NCBI GenBank assembly: GCA_016187495.1
Contig: JACPJP010000007.1
Location: forward strand, 1-51,841
Source of the DNA: Candidatus Woesearchaeota archaeon
GTDB taxonomy: Archaea > Nanobdellota > Nanobdellia > Woesearchaeales > GW2011-AR4
Direction of reading: 5' to 3'
Length of the DNA stretch: 51,841 bases
The translations under genes were made by a program, and so were the position numbers. Positions 38,009-47,332 of this stretch are shown here, piece after piece. The notes under the pieces are model-generated. The model worked only from the letters and a program-made list of their open reading frames with translations, was not told the DNA's origin and ran no database searches. Position 1 is the stretch's first letter; each line of letters opens with the position of its first letter.

Positions 38009-39052
38009 TTAAACTACTTCTCCTTCTAAAAAGAGTTTATCAAACTCCTTAACAAAGCCTAAAGCAAGCTCTTCATTAAAAATGATTAGCATATTCTCAT
38101 CATTCCTGTTAAATCCGCTCGAAGTGAAATTTGGGCTGCCGGTAATTACAACTTTATCATCTACAACAATGAATTTATGGTGCATATTATTCTTGTTGCC
38201 ATCAACCCTTATATTTAAGCCAAAATCCATTAATCTTGTATATTGAGAATTTTGCACGTTTCTTTGTCTTCTTTCCATCAAAATAGAAACATTTATGCCT
38301 TTAATATCTGCCTTAAGCAGTTCATCTGCCAGCTCTTCATGAGTAAAGCTAAAAGAAGCTATTTTTACTGAGCTTTTAGCATTTCTTATGAGTTCAATAA
38401 CTCTGTAAGCTCCTCCCTTAGCTTCCAATCCACAGTCTTCAGGGCAGAAATAGTTTTCAATTTGTCCAATAGGGGTATTGATTTGACTGTACTTAACATT
38501 ATTTCCGCTGGAATAAATGCCATTCCATAGCTCATAAAACTCGTCTTGGTAATTTCCAGCAATATAATTAGAATTAATTATTACGAGATTATTATTGTTC
38601 TTATTTACACCGTTGCTTGTCGGATTAGTGCTGCCCATTAATACAAGGTTTCCATCAATAACGCAAAACTTATTGTGCATCTTTGCATTTGTTTTTGCAA
38701 TCTTAATGATGTTCCCTTTTATCTGCCCATCATAGTTCTCAGTGTCGATTACTACATTTACATCGGCAGAATTGCTCTTTTTTGTTATTGCACTAATTAA
38801 ATCCTTTAAATTTAGGTCGTAGAAAGCGCAGTTGACAGATTTTTCAGCATTATTGATGCTTTCAATTATTGCCGATTCGCAATCGTGTTTTGGACAGAAA
38901 TATGCATTAATCTTAACATCGTTCTCATTAATAACCTTATTCTCATTAATATTTTCATAGATAATATTCCCAGTTGCATTATTATCGCATCCATTGATTA
39001 TTAAGAATACCAAGATTACAAAACTGAAAGGGATATAATTGATTTTTAACAC
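38009..39052 (-). CDS. secreted or anchored phospholipase D-superfamily protein with two HKD motifs
   Basis: There is an N-terminal hydrophobic anchor. The two HKD motifs are HNKFCVIDGNLVLMGSTNPT and HHKFIVVDDKVVITGSPNFT. Confidence 0.8.
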   Translation of the reverse strand: MLKINYIPFSFVILVFLIINGCDNNATGNIIYENINENKVINENDVKINAYFCPKHDCESAIIESINNAEKSVNCAFYDLNLKDLISAITKKSNSADVNVVIDTENYDGQIKGNIIKIAKTNAKMHNKFCVIDGNLVLMGSTNPTSNGVNKNNNNLVIINSNYIAGNYQDEFYELWNGIYSSGNNVKYSQINTPIGQIENYFCPEDCGLEAKGGAYRVIELIRNAKSSVKIASFSFTHEELADELLKADIKGINVSILMERRQRNVQNSQYTRLMDFGLNIRVDGNKNNMHHKFIVVDDKVVITGSPNFTSSGFNRNDENMLIIFNEELALGFVKEFDKLFLEGEVV

Positions 39053-39139
39053 TTTTTCTCTAATTTAACCACAACTTGACGACAACAAAACAAAAAACAA
39101 TCCAAAAAATTTAAATACTACTATCCTAAAGTAACAATT

Positions 39140-39220
39140 GAGTTAGACTATTGTTGAGTAATCAACAATAATCTATCACCTCTTTTTCCCTGGCAGGGCG
39201 CAAGCTTTGCCGGGGTTTTA
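39140..39220 (+). ncRNA. candidate small structured RNA (two hairpins plus a T-tract); boundaries are approximate
   Basis: A TATA-like tttaaata lies at 39110-39117. Hairpin 1 is TTGTTGA-gtaa-TCAACAA (39151-39168). Hairpin 2 is GC-rich: CCCTGGCA...TGCCGGGG (39188-39215), with a G:U pair only on the plus strand. It is followed by TTTTAATAATCAATTTTT. Confidence 0.25.
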
Positions 39221-39243
39221 ATAATCAATTTTTACTTTATTTT

Positions 39244-41067
39244 TCATTTTGCCTTAATTTTCTTATTTTTAACTTTAAAACCGCTAAGTTTCCCAATAAC
39301 AAACCCTAGTAGTATGCCTACAACTAATACAATTAAAAGCTTTTTATCAACATTATCAAATAAAATGAATTTTTCTGCCTTTTGAGTTTTAAAGTAGATA
39401 TCCAAATTGCTTAGTTCTAAAGCATATTCTGAATAAAGCAGCGCTGAAAACGGATCATTTTCCTTCAATGAATTTGCATATTCGAAATAACTGTAGCCTA
39501 CAATAGGAAAAATGCCCTTTTCTGTTTCCTCAACTAAGGTGCTTTCTACAATCTCTAGCTTTTTGTCAACAACTCTTTTAACATCTTCATTCTTTACGCC
39601 AAAAACGCTAAGCACAGTGTCAACATTGGCTTTTGCCTTGCTCGCCTTGGACAAGCACAGCTCAAAATTTCCCTCGTCCCTATCGTTATAAGCGTATTCC
39701 AATTCCTTTCTTGTATTTTCTAGGCTCTGAGGCAAATAAATCTCCACATACTGCAGCCTTTCCTCCACTTCAGAAAGCTTTGCCCTGCATGCATTCTCAA
39801 CAGTTTTATTATTAAAATCAAATTCCTTGCCTTCATTGTCCAAAAACTCCGCCCATGATTTAGCTGAATTAAGCCTCTCCATTGCATAAGCCAGATTCCT
39901 TAAATTAGTATCATTGTTGTCAAACGATTCTTGTACTAAATCAACAAATTCATTTGCCTCTATTAAGCGCTCCTTGACAGTCATGTAGCTTTCTAAATCC
40001 GTGACTGTCTTTAGTTCCTTATTATCTATTTCTGCATCAAAGCTTTCTATTTCGCTTCTTAGCCCATATATCTTCTCAATTATTTCCGTATCTGTCAAAT
40101 TCATCTTTGCTAATATCAGATAGCTAAACTCTACATTAGAACCGAAACAAAAGCTTGCTGAAGAATAGAACTTACTGCTTTCAAAATATTCTTTTCCCCT
40201 TGTAGACAAATTTAGCGCATTGTCCAGTATGCCCTTTGTAGCATTATCGCTTAGATTTAGAATTTTGTTTCTTAAATTTGTGCTTCTGGAGCATAATTGT
40301 ATAGCCAACTTTTTCATTGTATCTGCATAATTCTGGCTTATTGTTATGTTTGTCTTTCTTTCCCTGAATATTTTTCCAGTGAACTCGAATAATGCCTCGT
40401 CCAAGGTGGCAATTTCCTTTATTTCAATTTTAAATTCTTCTTCGGCTTCGCTTAAATTGACTGTTTCATTGATGGTTTCATTGATGCTCTGATTCATAGT
40501 TTGATTCGTGCTTTCATTGAGTTCTATTTTTAGTTCTCCAGAATGTTCCCCTATAGGTATAAGCACTTTTTCCATTCCTGCCATTTTAGCAGCTTCTATT
40601 TTTGCCCCTATCCCGCCAACGGGCCCTATTACACCTCCAGAGTTTATGGTTCCGGTAATAGCAACATTTTCATCTAATGGAACGCCTTTAATCATAGATA
40701 CTGTAAGTACGGCTATTGCAGAGCCTGCTGATGGGCCCCCTATAATAGACGAGTCAGCGGTTATTGTATAGAAAAAGTCGTATTTATCGCAATCTTGATC
40801 AAGAAAATCGCAAGCTATTTCTTTTGCAAACCTAGTCGAAATCTGCGTATCAACCTTAGTCAAAGGAAAAGTCTCAAGGTAAACTCTTCCTGTTCCGGGC
40901 TTTATTTCAAGGTAAAGGTCTGCTATTCCACCGACATCACCGTTGCTGGTCTCAGTCACTGCCAATAGGCGCATATGGCCTTGTTTTGCAGCCGCATTTG
41001 GAAGCAAAAATAACGTTAGTACAAGCACTAAAACAATAATTTTTTTCATCTTACGGATATAATTCAA
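39244..41067 (-). CDS. secreted/membrane-anchored S16 (Lon-type proteolytic domain) serine protease without an AAA+ module
   Basis: There is a signal or anchor at the N-terminus and a TM helix at the C-terminus. The Lon catalytic domain motifs are GPSAGSAIAVL (Ser) and GIGAKIEAAKMAG (Lys). A long helical C-terminal region follows. Confidence 0.7.
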   Translation of the reverse strand: MNYIRKMKKIIVLVLVLTLFLLPNAAAKQGHMRLLAVTETSNGDVGGIADLYLEIKPGTGRVYLETFPLTKVDTQISTRFAKEIACDFLDQDCDKYDFFYTITADSSIIGGPSAGSAIAVLTVSMIKGVPLDENVAITGTINSGGVIGPVGGIGAKIEAAKMAGMEKVLIPIGEHSGELKIELNESTNQTMNQSINETINETVNLSEAEEEFKIEIKEIATLDEALFEFTGKIFRERKTNITISQNYADTMKKLAIQLCSRSTNLRNKILNLSDNATKGILDNALNLSTRGKEYFESSKFYSSASFCFGSNVEFSYLILAKMNLTDTEIIEKIYGLRSEIESFDAEIDNKELKTVTDLESYMTVKERLIEANEFVDLVQESFDNNDTNLRNLAYAMERLNSAKSWAEFLDNEGKEFDFNNKTVENACRAKLSEVEERLQYVEIYLPQSLENTRKELEYAYNDRDEGNFELCLSKASKAKANVDTVLSVFGVKNEDVKRVVDKKLEIVESTLVEETEKGIFPIVGYSYFEYANSLKENDPFSALLYSEYALELSNLDIYFKTQKAEKFILFDNVDKKLLIVLVVGILLGFVIGKLSGFKVKNKKIKAK

Positions 41068-41162
41068 CTTCTTTTAATATTTTTATGTTTTCTACCATTT
41101 GATTTTAGTTTCATTGCTCAAAGTCCAATAATATTTTTAAATGCGTATAAATAGATTAGTGT

Positions 41163-41516
41163 ATGCAAGCCAAAAAAGTAGATGTTGAAATTGTTGGCAA
41201 AGAAAAGAAAAGCAACAAATTCCTTAAAAAGATAGGATTAGTATTTGCAAGAATAAAACTCGGCATTGCAATAATTTTAGATTTAATTGATTTTTTTATA
41301 GCGTGGATTCCTATAATTAACGAGGCATGGGACATTATAACCTTCCTGATACTGCTGATAATCCTAAAAAACAAAAAACTTGCTTTTATTTCATTAATTG
41401 AGCTTCCTTTATTAGGCTTGCCGCCATTCAGCGTTATAGACATGTTCATTCCAATAGCAACAATAACCGTTTTGATTGACAATGGAATCGGAGAACTAAG
41501 AATTCATGAATTTTAG
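41163..41516 (+). CDS. hypothetical small membrane protein
   Basis: The ORF is 117 aa with about 3 TM helices. It converges on the topA stop with a 4-nt overlap. Confidence 0.35.
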   Translation: MQAKKVDVEIVGKEKKSNKFLKKIGLVFARIKLGIAIILDLIDFFIAWIPIINEAWDIITFLILLIILKNKKLAFISLIELPLLGLPPFSVIDMFIPIATITVLIDNGIGELRIHEF

Positions 41517-43756
41517 GGATTATTATCTTCTGCTGTATCATTTTTTGTCCCGGTTGTTTCTAATCTTTGTATGTATTTGCATTTAGGATACAAGCTGCAA
41601 CCATAAAATTTTCCATAAATGCTCCCCCTCAATACAATTTTTCCTTCCTTGCATTTTGGGCATTGCTTCTCTATTTTTCCCTTAGCGATTGCTTTTGCCT
41701 CTTTTCCTGCTTCCCCTTCAACATGTTTAGTTGGGCATTTTTTATTTAAGCAGAAATCCTGTGGCCTTTTTCCCCGTTTGATGGCAACCACCATTGGAAA
41801 CCCGCATGTCTCGCAAATCTTTTTAGCAGGCTTGATTAGAGCATTAGAAGGCAAAGATATTGCAGTTTTGCATTTCGGGTATTGGTTGCAGGCAGCAAAG
41901 CTTCCGTATTTTCCGCTCCTTATCTGCAAATCACCTTCCTTGCAGACAGGGCATTTTCCTAAATTAGATAAAGCATCCCTTGTCTCAATATTAGCTGCCA
42001 AGAGTTCCTTGCCTATTTCCTTTTCTTTTTTCTTGAAATCAGACAGTATATTTGTAATAGCACCTTTAGCTTCCTCTAGGACAACTTCTTTTTTTATCTT
42101 ATCTTCCATAATTTTTTCCATATCCTCCTCAAAATGCCTTGTAAGCTCCTCATCAACTATTTTAGGCACATATTTCTCAAGAGTTTCTACAGTCTTAATC
42201 CCAAGATTTGTGGCTTCTATAGCTTTTCCTGCAACATAGCCTCGCTGGAATAGTGTATCAACAATTTCAGACCTTGTGGCTTTCGTTCCCAAATTCTTTT
42301 TTTCAAGCTCCTTGATTATAGAAGCAGGAGTATATCTTTTTGGCGGCTGCGTTTCCTTATCATGCATTGTTATTTTCTTGACTGAAATAATATCATTCTT
42401 ATTTACCGCAGGCAATTCCTCTTCCTCAATCTTTACATAAGGCTCATAAAAAATGTGCCATCCTTTTTCAATTGTCCTTGTGCCTTTAGCAATAAAAATC
42501 TCGTCTTTGCAATTTACATCGATAGTCATAGTCTCTCTTACGGCAGGCTCAGCAAAAGTAGACATGAATCTTTTAACAACCACGTCATAAACCTTTTCTT
42601 CTCTTTGGTTTAAATTTACGGGGTTAATGCCAGTAGGATAAATTGCAGGATGCGCAGGATCAGTCTTTTCTCCGTTATTAGGCACCAATATTTTTTTTGA
42701 CAATAATTTATTGATTAATTGGGAATACACTTTTTGTTTTTGCAGCTGCACCATTATATTTTTGTATCCTATTTTATCCGACAATTGCTGGGAAGAAGTT
42801 CTCGGATAGGAGATTAACCCTGAAGTGTAAAGCTCCTGAGCTATGCTCAATGTCTCTTTCGGGCTTATTCCATGGCAGCGGTAAGATTCCATTTGCAATG
42901 TTGTTAAATCGAAAGGCACTGGCGCTTGTTGGTTAAATTGCCTCTTTTCCGCCTTATCAACCGCAGCTTTTTTCTCATTCTTGACTTTCTGCATTACTTT
43001 ATCGGCTTCCTTTTTGTCCCAGAACTTGTCTTGCTTGTGCCAAGCTGAAATATCCCCCTTGTTGACCGCGCCTTGCAGCTCTATCTGCCAGAAAGGAACT
43101 GGCTTAAATGCCTTAATCTCTTTTTCCCTGTCCACAATTATTTTTAATGCTGGCCCTTGAACGCGGCCAGTCGACATCAGCTTAAAGCTTCCTGCAGCCT
43201 TTATTGACGAAGTCAAAGCCCTTGAATAGTTTATACCATTATAGAAATCCAGGTAATGCCTTGTTTCGCCTGCAGTTGCCTGCGGCCAGTCCAAATGCTT
43301 TGATTTATTTCCATATGCTTCTATTAAATCGGGTTTTGTTAAAGTAGAAAACTTCATCCTATTCGCATCTTTCTTTTTGCACGCCAAAGTGATTATGTTC
43401 TTTCCTATTACAGATCCTTCCTGGTCATAATCTGTGGCGACAGTGAACTCATCCGCTTCCTTAGCAAGCTTCTTTATGGTATTGAGGTATTTTTTCGAGA
43501 ATCCTGATTTCCTGCTTATATCTCCTGCTGGCTTCCATTCAATATCAAAAACCGGAAATCTCCAGCCTTTTTTTTCTTTTTCATCCAATCCGTATAAATG
43601 GCCCACTGCGCATGCAACCACAATATCCCTTTTTCCCCGGGTTATTTTATAATACGGAACTCCGTCTATATTTTCCTTTATTGGCTTTCCTTCTGCCAAG
43701 GCTTCCGCAATTTTGCTGGCTGCATTAGGCTTCTCAGTTATAATAAGCTCGTACAT
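41513..43756 (-). CDS. topA: type IA DNA topoisomerase (topoisomerase I/III) with C-terminal zinc ribbons
   Basis: The Toprim domain has LIITEKPNAA and DYDQEGS. The active-site tyrosine region is GLISYPRTSS. There are three C4 zinc-ribbon repeats at the C-terminus. Confidence 0.9.
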   Translation of the reverse strand: MYELIITEKPNAASKIAEALAEGKPIKENIDGVPYYKITRGKRDIVVACAVGHLYGLDEKEKKGWRFPVFDIEWKPAGDISRKSGFSKKYLNTIKKLAKEADEFTVATDYDQEGSVIGKNIITLACKKKDANRMKFSTLTKPDLIEAYGNKSKHLDWPQATAGETRHYLDFYNGINYSRALTSSIKAAGSFKLMSTGRVQGPALKIIVDREKEIKAFKPVPFWQIELQGAVNKGDISAWHKQDKFWDKKEADKVMQKVKNEKKAAVDKAEKRQFNQQAPVPFDLTTLQMESYRCHGISPKETLSIAQELYTSGLISYPRTSSQQLSDKIGYKNIMVQLQKQKVYSQLINKLLSKKILVPNNGEKTDPAHPAIYPTGINPVNLNQREEKVYDVVVKRFMSTFAEPAVRETMTIDVNCKDEIFIAKGTRTIEKGWHIFYEPYVKIEEEELPAVNKNDIISVKKITMHDKETQPPKRYTPASIIKELEKKNLGTKATRSEIVDTLFQRGYVAGKAIEATNLGIKTVETLEKYVPKIVDEELTRHFEEDMEKIMEDKIKKEVVLEEAKGAITNILSDFKKKEKEIGKELLAANIETRDALSNLGKCPVCKEGDLQIRSGKYGSFAACNQYPKCKTAISLPSNALIKPAKKICETCGFPMVVAIKRGKRPQDFCLNKKCPTKHVEGEAGKEAKAIAKGKIEKQCPKCKEGKIVLRGSIYGKFYGCSLYPKCKYIQRLETTGTKNDTAEDNNP

Positions 43757-43817
43757 GATTTTTTCCAGAAAAGGGCAACAAATTTAAAAATGTTTGCGAA
43801 TAAAGAAAGTTTTTCTT

Positions 43818-45308
43818 TTATTCAAGATAGAAACACCCAACACTCTTTTTTCTTTTAAAAGATGCTAAAACAATTAATTTAGAAACAATAATCATATTTT
43901 TGGTTTTAATTATTAATTTATGTATCATATTCTTATAACTTTTCTTGATTTCTTTTTCTAATTCAGCTATTTCTCTTAATGCAAGTTTTAATTCATTTGG
44001 GCTCCTTATTATTCCTGCTTTTTCCCACATAATCCATTTTATTTTATTTTGAAGTTCAATTAATTCTTTTTCTTCATTCATGCTTATTTTTTTGATTTTA
44101 AATTTTTTATAATTTTGATTATTAAATGGGATTTTATTATTGCTATAGGATTTTGCTTTTTCAGCGGCCCTTGCAGAAAAAACTAAGCATTCCAATAATG
44201 AATTGGAAGCCAGCCTATTAGCTCCATGCACCCCAGTGCAAGCGCATTCCCCGACTGCAAAAAGGTTTTTTATCGTTGTCCGGCCATAAGAGTCTGTTTT
44301 GATGCCCCCACATAAAAAATGCGCTGCCGGGGTAATTGGAATTTTGTCTTGGGTTATATCAAAATTGAATTCCAGACATGTTTTATAGATATTTGGAAAT
44401 CTTGATCTTATAAAGTCAGCATCCCTATGTGAAATATCCAAAAAAACTTGGCTTTTTTTCATATCATTAAAAATTTCCCTGGCTAAAATGTCCCTTGGCG
44501 CTAATTCTTTTAAATCCTGTTTGATAAATCTTTCACCAGCGGAATTGACAACATAAGCCCCTTCTCCTCTTAATGCTTCAGAGATTAGGAACTTTACTCC
44601 AGAATCTGTATTCAATGCAGTAGGATGAAACTGAACGAATTCCATATTTTCAATTTCCGCTCCTGCCTCAAAAGATGCTGTTATGCCGTCTCCGGTTGCA
44701 ATTTCCGGATTGGTAGTATATTTGTAGACCTGACCAATTCCACCAGTTGCTAGAACAGTGCACTTTGATTTAACATCAAAAATAGAATTAGATGCAGCAT
44801 CAAGAAATAAAGCGCCATAGCATATCTTATTTTCCACTGCTAATCTTAGTAAGATAATATTTTCCATGACCGAAATATTTTTATTATTTTTAACAGCTTT
44901 AACAAGCTTATTTTCAATTTCCGCTCCTGTAGCATCTTTATTGTGCAAAATTCTCCTGCTGTTGTGCGCGCCTTCCATTCCGAGCTCAAATTTTCCATTA
45001 CTTTTATCGAATTCGATGCCATAAGAGACCAATTTTTCAATTTCATGAGGCGCATTTTCCACCATTATTTTTACATTTTTCTTGTTGCATAACTCAGCGC
45101 CTGCTTTTAATGTGTCTTTTATATGGCTTTCAAAGCTGTCTTTTTTGTCAAAAACCGCTGCAATTCCGCCTTGAGCATATTTTGTATTTGACTCGGAAAT
45201 TCCACCTTTTGTAATGACAAGGCATTTTCCGTATTTTGACGCATTAAGAGCAAAATATAATCCAGATAGTCCAGAGCCAATAACCAAAAAATCTGTTTTC
45301 ATTTCCAT
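43818..45308 (-). CDS. nadB: L-aspartate oxidase
   Basis: Motifs present are DFLVIGSGLSGL (FAD-binding), YAQGGIAA and HPTAL, together with a succinate-dehydrogenase-like flavoprotein architecture. Confidence 0.9.
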   Translation of the reverse strand: MEMKTDFLVIGSGLSGLYFALNASKYGKCLVITKGGISESNTKYAQGGIAAVFDKKDSFESHIKDTLKAGAELCNKKNVKIMVENAPHEIEKLVSYGIEFDKSNGKFELGMEGAHNSRRILHNKDATGAEIENKLVKAVKNNKNISVMENIILLRLAVENKICYGALFLDAASNSIFDVKSKCTVLATGGIGQVYKYTTNPEIATGDGITASFEAGAEIENMEFVQFHPTALNTDSGVKFLISEALRGEGAYVVNSAGERFIKQDLKELAPRDILAREIFNDMKKSQVFLDISHRDADFIRSRFPNIYKTCLEFNFDITQDKIPITPAAHFLCGGIKTDSYGRTTIKNLFAVGECACTGVHGANRLASNSLLECLVFSARAAEKAKSYSNNKIPFNNQNYKKFKIKKISMNEEKELIELQNKIKWIMWEKAGIIRSPNELKLALREIAELEKEIKKSYKNMIHKLIIKTKNMIIVSKLIVLASFKRKKSVGCFYLE

Positions 45309-45310
45309 AG

Positions 45311-46267
45311 CTAAAGAATTTCAAGCGATAAGTCGAATGATTTAACTGAATGTGTCAAAGAGCCAAGAGATATTACATCCACTCCAGTTTCGGAATATCC
45401 CGAAATGTTTTTCTCGTTTATGCCGCCAGAAGCTTCAAACAATAGTTTATTATTTAATTTTTTCCCATTATTTTTTTTAGTATTTATTGAATTTCCATTA
45501 ATAATATGGTTAATTTTTTTAATTGAGTTTTTTATTTGTATTGGCTTCATATTGTCAAACATAATGGCAAATAATTTGTTGGAGTTTAAACTAAAAATTG
45601 TTTCTGCTGCTTCCAAAGCCTCTTTTTCATTTTTGGCTTCTATTTCCACATATTTTGTTTTCTTATTTTTATTTGCCAGTTTCAACGCCTTATCAATGCC
45701 ATCATTTAATAATTTCAAGTGATTGTCTTTAATTAAAATAAAACCGCTTAAATTTAGCCTATGCGTCAATCCGCCGCCAACAGAAACAGCTTTTTTGTCT
45801 GTTAATGAGAATAATGTTTTTCTTGTTCCGGAAATGAAGCAACTATTTTTTGTTAATTCATTAGTGTTATATGCCAATGTCGCTATGCCGCTCATTCTCT
45901 GCAATAGGTTAAGCAAAGTCCTTTCATAAGCCAGTATTTTTCTCGCATTTCCATAAAGTTCTAAGATAGGGTCATTATTTTTGACTTTGTCCCCATCTTT
46001 GCTTTTTTCAATGGCATTTATCTTATTTTTTCGTAAAAATGCAGAAGTCTCGTCAATTCCGGCAACAATGCCATCTTGCTTTGCTACAATAATTGCTTTG
46101 ATTTTTTTATTTTTATTAATTAAAGAATTCGTGGTTATATCTTCATTGTAATAATCTTCTTTTAATTTTCCATCAATTGTTTTATTAACATAATTTTTAT
46201 ATTCTTTATTTTTAATATCCAAATATTTGCTCTTGTCCCAGAATTCAAGAACAAGGTCTTTTCTCAT
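45311..46267 (-). CDS. nadC: nicotinate-nucleotide pyrophosphorylase [carboxylating] (quinolinate phosphoribosyltransferase)
   Basis: Motifs present are ERTLLNLLQRMSGIAT, GTRKT and LIKDNH. The ATG at 46267 lies 1 nt after the nadA stop. There is an Asn/Lys-rich insertion near the C-terminus. Confidence 0.85.
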   Translation of the reverse strand: MRKDLVLEFWDKSKYLDIKNKEYKNYVNKTIDGKLKEDYYNEDITTNSLINKNKKIKAIIVAKQDGIVAGIDETSAFLRKNKINAIEKSKDGDKVKNNDPILELYGNARKILAYERTLLNLLQRMSGIATLAYNTNELTKNSCFISGTRKTLFSLTDKKAVSVGGGLTHRLNLSGFILIKDNHLKLLNDGIDKALKLANKNKKTKYVEIEAKNEKEALEAAETIFSLNSNKLFAIMFDNMKPIQIKNSIKKINHIINGNSINTKKNNGKKLNNKLLFEASGGINEKNISGYSETGVDVISLGSLTHSVKSFDLSLEIL

Positions 46268-46268
46268 C

Positions 46269-47201
46269 TTAATTAAATTCCAGCATCCTGTCCAATGCCC
46301 TTTTTGCCTTGGCAATTATATCCTTCGGCAATGTTATCTCATGTTGGTTGTATACCAAAGACTGCACTACCAAAGGCAAGGTTGTTGATTTCATGTAGGG
46401 GCAGATGTTGCAGAAGGAATAAAAATTCTTGTTTGGCACATCTTGCCTTAGCATCTCCGTCATTCCGCACTCTGTTACAACAATAAAGTCTTTTGTCCCG
46501 TTTGAATTCGCAAACTTTGCCATTCCGCCAGTCCCGCACACATGGTCTGCCATCTGCAATATTTCTTCCCTGCATTCAGGATGCGCAATTATTTTTGCTT
46601 CGGGGTTTTTTTTCTTCAAATCGGCAAGAATTTTTGCATTTAATTTGTCATGGACAAAACAATATCCATCCCATAATATTATTCGTTTATTCGTCTTTGA
46701 TGCCACATACCTTCCTAGATTTCTATCCGGAAGAAATATTATTTCATCATTTGGCAAAGAGTTTACAATTCTCACGGCATTCATGGAAGTACAACAAACA
46801 TCGGACATTGCCTTTATATCAGCAGTTGTATTAACATAGCTCACAACCGCAGCTTCAGGGTGCATTTTCTTTACTTCCGCTAGTTTTTCTGGTGTAGCCA
46901 TATCTGCTAATGAGCATCCTGCATCTAGTGTAGGCAATAGAACAGTCTTGCTAGGGCTTAGTATTTTTGCAGTCTCTGCCATGAACTTAACGCCGCAGAA
47001 TAATATTATATCAGCATCTGTTTTGGCAGCTTCCTGCGATAAGCCCAAAGAGTCCCCAATATAGTCGGCTATTTTATACATCTCAGGATTCTGATAATTA
47101 TGCGCAAGAATAACTGCATTTCTCTGCTTTTTAAGCTCTATAACCAGATGTATAAGCCTTTCTGTCTCGTTATCAAACTTAGCTATTAGCTGCTGCTCCA
47201 T
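46269..47201 (-). CDS. nadA: quinolinate synthase
   Basis: The protein is 310 aa. It has ILAHNYQ, FCGVKFMAETAKIL, IAHPEC, and conserved Cys residues for the 4Fe-4S cluster. Confidence 0.9.
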   Translation of the reverse strand: MEQQLIAKFDNETERLIHLVIELKKQRNAVILAHNYQNPEMYKIADYIGDSLGLSQEAAKTDADIILFCGVKFMAETAKILSPSKTVLLPTLDAGCSLADMATPEKLAEVKKMHPEAAVVSYVNTTADIKAMSDVCCTSMNAVRIVNSLPNDEIIFLPDRNLGRYVASKTNKRIILWDGYCFVHDKLNAKILADLKKKNPEAKIIAHPECREEILQMADHVCGTGGMAKFANSNGTKDFIVVTECGMTEMLRQDVPNKNFYSFCNICPYMKSTTLPLVVQSLVYNQHEITLPKDIIAKAKRALDRMLEFN

Positions 47202-47274
47202 TCTGCAATGTTTGCCTGTTCTTTTTAAAATAGTTATCTAATTAGGCAATTTTAGTCTACATAGTCTAAAAAAG

Positions 47275-47289
47275 AGGCAAATTTTGCCT
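47275..47289. promoter_or_regulatory. perfect palindrome AGGCAAA-T-TTTGCCT in the nadA / nadK-wHTH divergent spacer
   Basis: There is also a half-site-like aggcaatttt at 47244-47253 and a direct repeat TAGTCTA at 47253-47259 and 47262-47268. Confidence 0.3.
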
Positions 47290-47332
47290 ATAAACCGCAA
47301 TTTATTTAAACAACTGAGACTTGCCGCTCATT

